From positions 38,176 to 102,175 of the forward strand of contig NW_019218296.1 of the NCBI RefSeq assembly GCF_002571385.2: a stretch of 64,000 bases of DNA, in the 5' to 3' direction. Positions 24,717 to 34,471 of the stretch are shown here, piece by piece. The stretch's first letter is position 1; every line of letters begins with the position of its first letter. The notes beneath the pieces are model-generated. The model was not told where the DNA came from, did not search any database, and saw only the letters and a list, made by a program, of their open reading frames with translations. A program made the translations under genes and the position numbers. This stretch comes from Stylophora pistillata. Taxonomy: Eukaryota.

Positions 24717-27700
24717 CTGACCACTGACTCTTACACTGCTACATTCACACACTCCCTCTTAGAAAAAGGCCTGAATTCAGATTAGGAAATTATTTGAATG
24801 ATTTTCCTTTTTCATGGGATCTGTTATAGTGATCAAAAGTAACATTTGTAAATATTTTTCAAGAAATTTCACATTCATTTGTTAGGTAATTTACCCTAAA
24901 ATCCAGTTCGTGATTCATTTGTAGCCTTGTACATATGTATAGCATTTTTAAATTGCTGATTTAAGGACATTAATTAAAAAAATCCTTCCATTGTAGTTTA
25001 CATTTTCATCTTTGATAAACAGAAATGTCCATTTTGAAATTATGTTGCAGAACTAGCAAATACAAATCTGAACAAATAAAGGTAATAAATTGCCCCTATA
25101 CAAAGATTGGACTTCATTTTTCCAACTTTCAAGCTCTCAGCCAGCACTAGAGACAGGGTCACCAAATAACTAGTATGCTGTTCTAGACAAGAAAGTTTAC
25201 CCTGATTGTACAAATTTTTAGGAAAACCTGAGATGTTGCCAGGACATGTAGAAGAATGCAGAGAGGGGGGTGGGGTGGGGGAATGAGCTCTGGCATGTGC
25301 TGGCTCTGGAATGTCATTGTGGTTCATTCTCTCAAAAGGATACCATGTTGCTATACATCTCTTCAGATGATAGATCACAGATGATGTCAAATTAGGGAAA
25401 AAATGATTAAGTGAAACACAAGGTGCAGCAAAGAGTGTGATAATCTTACCACATTTTGGCTTCTTGTGCTATATTAATAATAATAATAATAAGGATTTCT
25501 ATGGCACCGTATCCGCAGGCTCATGGCGCTAAACAGATGCACAGTAACATGGAGTTTTTTTAATTTTATCTAAAAAAAGAAGTAAATGTTTGTAATGGTA
25601 ATAACATATGTGTATCTGTCCATCCGTCCTCTGATTACTCAAAAGTAAGAACTGCTCCAGATATGTCTACTTTAGTTTATTATATACTGATAATTGACAA
25701 GTATACAATGAGCTTAACTTCCTGGCTGCATGATAGCTTATGCAGAAGAAAGCCCAAATTGATCATCACAAATAGAAATCAAGAGAAAATAATCTACTCG
25801 TTTTAACACAAATTCACTCACTGCTCTAAACTAAACAACAGGAGGAACTTGTGTTTTTATTATAGTTTGTTTACAATGGCACACCATTAGACTATACACT
25901 ATCACAATAGACTGCAAATACCTTGACCCTGAACAATCAGATTACAGAATTTGCAACAGTCAGGACTAGTTGATTTATACTAAACTCAGTTATACCCCTT
26001 ACATGAATGTCAAAGGTATTTTCTGCCACAACGACCCTTGCCAAGGTTCTGGCCATACACACTAAGTTCCACTGTACAAGCTGCATGTATCATATTGCAT
26101 GCCACTGTCCGGATGCCAAACAATGAACTTGTCTTCCCTACAATTTGTCAAAAGTGAAGATTTAGAGGTTGAATTACTTGTAATTTTCCCCACTTAGGGC
26201 AAGTAAGGAAGATGTTAGTACACATTTCTACAGAGTGATCTAAGCACCAGTTTCAGTTCCCTCGATTTTTTATCCTGAGCAGTGAGTAAAGCTGTTGTGG
26301 ATGATTTACCAGAAGTAAAAATCCAAAAAGCCTTATGTATCTGCCTCAGATTTGCGCAGTGTTTATCATCATCAACTGGTGCAAAGCACATGCTTGAAAA
26401 TATAAGCTTTAACAATATTTACCTAGGAGTACATTATTTGATAAAAATACATAACAACTGACAAACACAAATATTCACTTCGTAAACACAACTTTGACAA
26501 CGTAACATTACGAGTAAAATCATGAAATCTAGCACAACTGCAAAAATAAGTTACCTAAAACATAGAGAGGAAATAGTATGTTAGACACACGCACAAGAAT
26601 TCTGGTAATCACGAGATGGCATCTAAAAACTTTTTTGTCGTCATTTCAAACGAAAGTTCGATCAGATAAGGAAAACACTGACGCATTCATCTGCCCATAC
26701 AGAACATAAAAGCACAAACACATTACAAAGAATAAAACAATCAGAATGGATTACTTGCTCCTCATCGAACACTGAGTTCTCAGACTTAAACTAGATGAGC
26801 AAAAAGAATATTACATTGTGTCCATTCATCATTGAAAAAAGTAATTTTTGCAAGGCGTTCATCTCGAACGCGAAAAAACTGGTTACTAACTGAAACCGCT
26901 GACTACTGATCGTTGAACTTCTCGACCCAGGACCCAAATTTGAACCCAAGTGTCATTTAGTAAAAACCTTCAAACGGCTGTCTCCCCTTTGCAATTTACT
27001 TATATAATCTTTCCAAAAGAAACATGTTACACTTTACTTACCTCAAAATATTTGGACGGAGAGAACTTTCGATATCATTGAAGCACTGCCTTCACAACGT
27101 GTACGCAAGACCAATGTAAACAAAACACTACTGATTACTAACTAGATTAAACCTAAACCACTCCTAGTAACCATGGAAGAAAATATTTGACAGCCAAAGA
27201 TTCCGTTATAAGAGGCATTCTAGCGTGTGTTCATACGTCACAGAACATCATAACGTTTTAAACATTCATTTCATAACATTGTCACACCCTTGGAATTTTT
27301 AAGGGTATAACAGAGAATTCCAAGAATAACTTAAACGCAGCAATTCCATTTCCAAGCATCTGTCTCATTTCTGGCACTTTTAAGAGCCACCAAACGTACA
27401 AAAGCAATGAACAGTACTCCCTTGTAGGTTTGTGTAATATTTGTTTACATACTTTCCATAAAAGTGTCAGTTAACAAATGTTCCCGCAGTTAAGCCGCAC
27501 CCCCAACTTCTAGCGACGATTTTTGGAAAAGAGCTGCGGCTTATCTGCGGGTTTTTGCGGTATTTAAATCTGGAAAATCAGTGAACAATGCCAAAGAGAG
27601 ATAGTGGTCGGAAAGTGTCGCCTGTGCGATATTGTGTTGCTAATCAGATTTCTCCTTTTTCAAGTTTTCCTTTACAGTTTTTCATGGTAACCGGCGGGCC

Positions 27701-28049
27701 TTCATGTTTACGGACGCGACTCAAGCTGAAGTTCTGCACGTCCGCAATTTCTTAGAGGGGAAGTTTTATGTCGTGATTCAGAAAAAAGACAAGGATTCAA
27801 AGAAACATATTTTTGAATAGAGTACGGTCAGATCATCAAACCACTTCACCATTAGCTTTAGTTTGATGCTCTTTATGCATATCTTATATAGGAGCAGTCC
27901 ACGTTCAAGAAAGTAAGGTAGGGTCGGTTGTTTCCTTTTTCGTGTGTTTATCAGAATATCTTTTGCCCTTTCTATTGCTCGTTTAAATTAGTTGGTACTA
28001 CAACTTGATTAGAATAATTTCTTTAATGTTTGGAGGTAAATTCATGTTA

Positions 28050-28590
28050 GTATATTGAAAACTAAATGGTCTATTTAGCCGACAGGGAAGCAAGTGATAG
28101 TCGCGGGCTGATAAACTTGTGGCCTTGCGTAAATCTATAGTTATAGCTAAGAGGAATAGAATAAAATTTTCAAATACGAATACACAAAAACACGCGAATT
28201 AGCTCGATGAACCAAAAAGCCTAAGAATTACTTGATTTAAGTAATTAAAACACATTAACCGAAAGTACATTTCAAAACAAATTACTCTTTCTGGTCCCTA
28301 ACATCCTATTACGTATATTTTTCTTAAAAAGGGCTACAGAATCAACTTTCCTAGTAGATGAGGGTGCAATATTGCAGAGTCTTGCTAATACTGCAAATCT
28401 GCTCCCACCCTCAGTTTCTCTTTGATGTTCAAAGAAAAAAGCGTTAAAATCAGCGTACCGTGTATTCTGTGAATGGCGATTGTGACTGATTACCTGGTGA
28501 TCATCTATGTAGCTTGGTAGAGTCCCATGTACAAGTTTATACAGTACATGAGACAAACGTATTGGTATCAATTAGATAGGCCAAGTTAAA
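28050..28590 (-). mobile_element. Old LINE 3' fragment
   Basis: Peptide LYKLVHGTLPSYI...HSQNTRYA...RETEGGSRFAV...APSSTRK resembles CR1/L2 ORF2 C-termini. Confidence 0.6.
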
Positions 28591-30155
28591 ACAATATGAA
28601 ACAAATTGTCGTATTTTCCGCTTTGAAAGTTCAATAATTACTGCCGAAATAAAGCAGAAATACAGTATTGTTGATCAGCTGTTATCTCCGGCGAGTTAAA
28701 TAATGAGGGATAATGGTAAAATTAGTCAAACGCTGTGGAAGATTTCCGTAGTGTTTGGAAATCATAATGTTAAATTCCGGTAAGCTTTCCTTTTCGCTTT
28801 TTCGAATTCTAAAGAGGTGTTAATTGGCTTCAAATAAAGTGTTAAGCAGATGGTAGTTCGATCATTGTATGCATGCAATGCCGAATAAATCGAATACTCC
28901 TTTTTAAGGCATACCCTTTTAAGGGCTAAGAAAAATGAAGAGGCGGGAAGAAAACCCGTAGTAAAAAGGCGAGAGCCAACAAGGAAGTCACAGCGAGTGC
29001 TAAAGCAATACCGAGAAACTCGACATCACCGCATCACTTGATATAAGTACATAACAACTGACTCACATGATCCCGCCCTATGAGGTCATGGAATACAAAC
29101 AAGGAACGTATTTCTAACTAAATCTCTAGGTCATAAAATACCGCTCGGATCGAAAAATCCCATCTAGGCATGTCAAAATCTCCTACGTTTTTCGCTTTTT
29201 GCTCACAGTAAACCATGTAGGTTTATCGTGAGGAACGAGTTCGATTCCACATTAGAGGAGAAAATTATTTAACAAAGAATGCAAACTAAGTAGCGGATTA
29301 CTGAAACGAAAAATTAAGTTCAAATCTATGCGCATGACTCGTGACAGAGATGCACTGCAAGCACCACAACATTCAAAACCCCTTTTCATCACATAAGCCC
29401 AGTACCTAGTAACCACGCTATGCCGAAATAAAAGGAATAAATCCAACACCGCCAAAGATGCTATCGAATGATGATGATGATGAGGATGATGATAGTTTAT
29501 TAACACTTCTGGCAGTTAAAAAACTGAATAAACAGTGTAATTTTACAAGGACATTAAAAATAATCTTACTAGATACAAATAATAAAGTCTATTTACAATA
29601 ATAAGTCTTAATAATTATAATAATTGTAGTAAGTATTACAATAATAGTAAGTCTACGAATACCTAAAAGTAAAAAACTCATTTGCTCTTTTTGTTCTTTC
29701 ATTGTTGTTGTGGCTTTGGTATTTCCTGATCTTAACTGATAAGGTATACAACTTGTCATAGCTTGAAGAGCTAAGAAAGATATGGGGTGGTCTTCATTCC
29801 TCATTTCCGCCATCAAATTTTTACAAACGAATATCCTGCGATCTACCAACAATGACAATTTTGCCTGGTCTAGGGCTCGTTGATAACTATAATTTGGGAA
29901 TATAATCTTTAAGGCTCTTTTTTGTATGGATTCAATAGCATCAGAGAGGTATGCGGGAATGTCTTGCCACACTTCCGCAGCATACTCTAAGACCGATCTG
30001 ATATTACAAGTGTATACCTTGCGCATGTCTTCTAGCATTACTCCTGCGCGTTTCAACAACCTTAGAGCGTATAATTTCTTAGCTGCCTTGGCAGTCACAT
30101 ATTCAACGTGAGTGTTCCGTTTAAGGTCATCTCTAATTATATCTCCTAAAAGCTT

Positions 30156-30459
30156 GTGAAGGTGTAGTCTGATCGTCCGGGTGAGTGTAGTCCTGAGAAG
30201 GACTGTTGTCGGTGGCAGTGACTGACGTTTCGACAACCTGTGCGGAAGTCATCATCAGAGTCAAGTGAATGATTGTTGTCAGTAGATTGTCAACATTCTA
30301 CTGACAACAATCATTCACTTGACTCTGATGATGACTTCCGCACAGGTTGTCGAAACGTCAGTTACTGCCACCGACAACAGTCCTTCTCAGGACTACACTC
30401 ACCCGGACGATCAGACTACACCTTCACATGTTACCCCCGGGTTCAAACCATTTACTGCA
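30156..30459. mobile_element. Palindromic Penelope-like pLTR-derived insertion with a minimal hammerhead motif in each arm
   Basis: About 130-bp inverted arms; 12-bp TSD TCCTAAAAGCTT (30144-30155, 30460-30471); removal restores RT reading VGTYKLLGDIIRDDLK. Confidence 0.8.
30320..30364 (+). ncRNA. Minimal type I hammerhead ribozyme motif (mirror copy on minus strand at 30219-30263)
   Basis: TGACT-CTGATGA-T-GACTTCCGCACAGGTTGTC-GAAA-CG-TC-AGTTA: stem I, core, stem II, palindromic vestigial stem III, GUC cleavage triplet. Confidence 0.65.
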
Positions 30460-30946
30460 TCCTAAAAGCTTATAAGTTCCTACCCGCTCCACTTCTTGAT
30501 TTCCAACAGTTATAGGTCGTATTGCCGTAATCGAATTCTTCATAAAATTTACGTACATTTCTTTAAAATTTTTTGGGATTTAATTTCATCCTATGTTCTA
30601 TGCAATAATCATGGATTTCTCTGACAACTACATCTAGCATAGTAACGGAGTTCCTTGGAATGATCTCAAATGCAGTAGTGTCATCAACATACTTCGTACG
30701 CATATGCCAATTACTGAGTAGCTTGTTTATCATGACAGTAAAGAGCGTTAATCCGAGTTTTGTTCCCTGTGGGACGCCACCATTGACTTGTTTCCATGGT
30801 GACAGGGAGGAGCCAACGCGTACAGCCTGTGTCCGGTTGGTAAGAAAGGACCGAATCCAAAAAAACAGAGTTTGATCGATGTTGAACGATCTGAGTTCAT
30901 CTAACAATATTGAGTGGTCTATGATATCGAAACCTTTAGTAAAATC

Positions 30947-31531
30947 TTTAGTGTAATAGAAAATATCCGAGCCCCAGATGGGAAGTGAACCCACGACCCT
31001 CCGTGATCTAGTCGGATGCTCTAACCACTGAGCTACTGGAGACTCTATGGTGAGCAAGGGTCAATTTGTGGGCCTCGACTGGAACCGCATCGCGCGGCTA
31101 CACAGCCAAGTATTGGTAAGCACCTGTGAAAACTCACTAACAGCATCACGCTGTCACATTAAGGCATATCAAGATGCGGCCAACCAACCTCCAAAGTGAG
31201 CATGTAAAGATGAAAGAATTTTTAGTGTAATAGAAAANATCCGAGCCCCAGATGGGAAGTGAACCCACGACCCTCCGTGATCTAGTCGGATACTCTAACC
31301 ACTGAGCTACTGGAGACTCTATGGTGAGCAAGGGTCAATTTGTGGGCCTCGACTGGAACCGCATCGCGCGGCTACACAGCCAAGTATTGGTAAGCACCTG
31401 TGAAAACTCACTAACAGCATCACGCTGTCACATTAAGGCATATCAAGATGCGGCCAACCAACCTCCAAAGTGAGCATGTTAAGATGAAACAATTTTAAGT
31501 GTAATAGAAAATATCCGAGCCCCAGATGGGA
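30947..31531 (-). mobile_element. Tandem 2.13-mer of a 274-bp tRNA-like (SINE-like) unit
   Basis: Anchor CCGAGCCCCA at 30967, 31241, 31515; 12-bp TSD TTTAGTAAAATC (30935-30946, 31532-31543); minus-strand A box TAGCTCAGTGG and B-box-like GGTTCACTTCC. Confidence 0.85.
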
Positions 31532-33145
31532 TTTAGTAAAATCGGCAAAAAATATCCGAATAGAACAGTTACCTGAATCAATAGCTTCGTGTATAGCCTG
31601 CATTAAATAAATTTAGTGCGTACACTGTAGAGTGTCCATGACGTGAGTCGATAGAATCAAACACCTGATCTAACAGTCTTTTGTTTGTAAAACCCTCTTG
31701 TACTTTTGCTAAACAGCTTGTGAGTGCAATTGGTCTCAAGTCTGATTGAATGTTTTGAGGAGGGCAAACTTTAGGGACTGGTGAGATAATTGACTGTTTT
31801 AAAGTGTCAGGTACGAGACCTTTTCTCAGTGATTGATTGTAAATATCTTGAATCAATGATGCTAATTCGGGTGCAAATTGCTACAACAATTTGTTCGATC
31901 TTCCAACTGGTCCCACCGCTTTATGTATGGATAATTTGCGTAAGTCAGATGAAACTTCCTCTAAGGAAAACAAGCAACTCTGGTGGAATTACGTTGGGCG
32001 GAGTTTGGATTGGCGTTAAAGGTTCGAACTCTTGGGTTATACTAGTGAAGAAATCATTAATTTGAGTAGCTAGTTCTGCAGGACTGGTGATGACGTCACT
32101 TAGGAATTGATGGTACCGTTCCTGTTTACCAGATGTAACCTGCCCCGTCAGAGATATGATGTCTTTCCACCATTTCTTGGGGTTACTTTCAGCCAGACCT
32201 TTCACTTTGTTGTTGTAATAGGAGCACTTCGCTGTTTTAATAGCACCTTGGACTCTATTCCGCCAGAGTCTATAAATTGGCGATTCTTTCCCAAATTTAA
32301 TAAATGCTGCTTGTCGCTACTGAATCATAGATTTCAGTTTCACTGTGACCAAGGCTTATCGTATACATGGATTTTCACTGTTTTCCATGGAAAAAAGGTT
32401 TCAATAGCTGACTCTCCTAATGTAAGAGCGATTCCTGCCACGATACCGCGAGGTCGTCGTAAAAGGAACTCGGGTGTTGATTCGCACTTTAATTCGTTCC
32501 TTCGAAGTGGTGGTAACATTCTGATGGACTTGCCCTTTTCGGTTTGGAGATTGTTTGCCAGCTCGGACTCCCCTAAACCGGAGAATATCCAGATTTTTTT
32601 AATGTACGGAGCAAATTTTGGGACAGGTTGGATGTAGTATAGCGCCGTAATGAGAAGATGGTTTCTCGTCGATGTAAACAAAAACATCTCGCCGAGGACG
32701 GATGAAGAGTTTGCAAGGATCGAGAATTCTCGATTTCTGAGGGTCCAGGGTTCGTTTCCACATCCAGGAAGACTGTAAGATTGAAGTCTGGGTCTTTTCC
32801 AGGGATTTTAAGACATGTAAAGCCGCGTTTGGTGGATTTCAATCTCGGTTGACGGAAGCGGGTGAAACTTAAATGGCTTGTTAGCGTGTGTTTACAAGTC
32901 ACAGAAGATCACAACGTTTCAAAATGTTTTTATGATCAAATCCTTCCCTCTCTTTCGTTTCGAAAGATTTTGTATCAAATAAAATTCAATGAAAGAGAAA
33001 AAGGAATGTTTTCCGTTTTCAAATTTCTGTGTAGATCTGGAAATACTCACGATTGAATATCAGTAAAATATACGTATAGAGAACGTATGACGTCACTTAC
33101 TCAATCCGTCTTTAAAATACGTCATATATGTTTAAAGGTCTTTAA

Positions 33146-33400
33146 AATGGTCGTGACTTAAATGGATACTCCAAAATCAGGTTTCCGAGTAAGGACTGGA
33201 ACCTATTATTTCCGTTTTATTTCCTAACTGTTCTCGTTCAGGTTCGGCCCTCGTGACGTATTATGGATTAAGTATTACAGATTAAGATGAGGACAAAGAT
33301 CGTAAAAGGTCGGAACCTCATTTTCCGGAGAGTAATTTACTCACTCCCAGTCTCTACTCGCAAAACCTGATTCTGCAGTATCCATTTAAGTCACGACCCT
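33146..33400. mobile_element. MITE with about 40-bp TIRs and TTAA flanks (Kolobok-like)
   Basis: GGTCGTGACTTAAATGGATACTCCAAAATCAGGTTT versus AAACCTGATTCTGCAGTATCCATTTAAGTCACGACC; TTAA on both sides. Confidence 0.7.
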
Positions 33401-34471
33401 TTAAAATAGAGCTGTGTTGGTCAATATGCTGCCTAAACTCGTTCACAGGGTCTCTATCCTTCACATCCAGTAGTAAAATTTTAGTTGACACATAGATTCA
33501 GCAACTGAGCACTTCTCTGCCTAATTACAGGCGACCCTCAATTACTCAGTAAAACGAAACTCGGCCCCAAAATAAAGCCAGCTGACTTCATTTTCAGTCA
33601 GACGTTTAGACGTCTCCAAAAGTTTCACTGGCTTTCGCCGTGATGCATGAGAAGTTGGTTTTATGGCATGGAAGTCGATAGCTAAAACTAGTTAGCCAGG
33701 AAGAAAGAATATCTTGACCTCAATAGGATTTTAAAACAATTACGTCTCAAAAATTACCTGCGATTTCTTGGTCTTGCCTTGAGAATGTCAAACAGCCGTG
33801 GCCGCGGCCCTTCAACTAATGTTCCCAATATCTTGTCAGTTTATAGGGCTTTGTAAGAGAATATGATCTCTTGGGCTTTCTTATTCCATTTGATATAATG
33901 AAATTCGTTTAGCACGGGTGAAAAAATTTATTACTTCACGCGCTCTGAAGTTGTATTTTTGTTATGGTCGAGTAGAGGAGGAGTACATGACAGTGGTGGA
34001 ACGTTGGTTGCGTTGTGTCTCAAAGGAATTATTCAAATCAAACGCTTAGCGTGTTTTCAAAAAGTTAAATAACACTGTGATGTAATATAATATACGTTTT
34101 GCTGTAGTTATGGTTTTTTAAATAAAGTTTTTGGACTTTTTTGTCAATTATCGGACGTATGTCGTGGAAAATATTCAGTCAATAGTCTCCTTTCTAATAG
34201 GTATTCGATGAAATGATGTGAATTTGACTGCGTAACGACGTCATAGTAACAAAACTGAGATATTTTGATTTAATCTCACTCGTGGTCACTCGTGGTCACT
34301 CGTAGGTACTTTTAGACCCTATCTTATAATAATGCCTAACTGGGATTTCTAACAAATGAAAACGGGACAAACACAGTTTTCTTTCCGAGATTTCCATAAA
34401 GCTTTCTGTCGACTGAAATTATTTTTCTGCCATTAACTTCCAATGAATGTATTTTGTTGTAACTTTCAGAC

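Larger units (their letters stand above)
29468..32950 (-). mobile_element. Decayed L2/CR1-clade non-LTR retrotransposon: N-terminal 2A-like motif, largely deleted APE, RT domain, ATC-repeat tail; two nested insertions
   Basis: RT motifs LRPIALTSCLAKV, IFFADFTKGFDIIDH (after removing an insertion), GGVPQGTKLG, KYVDD, MKLNPKK, YKLLGDII, IRSVLEYA, IESIQKRALKII. Multiple frameshifts; AATAAA plus (ATC)n tail at 29468-29500. 5' boundary approximate. Confidence 0.9.

Noticed and set aside
24527-24724. Poly-Lys ORF (likewise the VC-repeat ORF at 58507 and Y/I-rich ORFs near 47100)
   Set aside because: Translations of homopolymer or microsatellite tracts.
30960-31050. Functional tRNA gene
   Set aside because: Part of a repeated TSD-flanked insertion with an imperfect B box; treated as tRNA-derived. 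The same applies to the SINE heads at 9332 and 63708.
29589-31057. ORFs 29589-30236 and 30563-31057 as host genes
   Set aside because: They are chimeras of insertion sequence and broken LINE RT.
31050-31220. Known ribozyme (hammerhead, HDV-like, twister) in the 274-bp unit
   Set aside because: No CUGANGA/GAAA core or consistent pseudoknot pairing found by eye on either strand.
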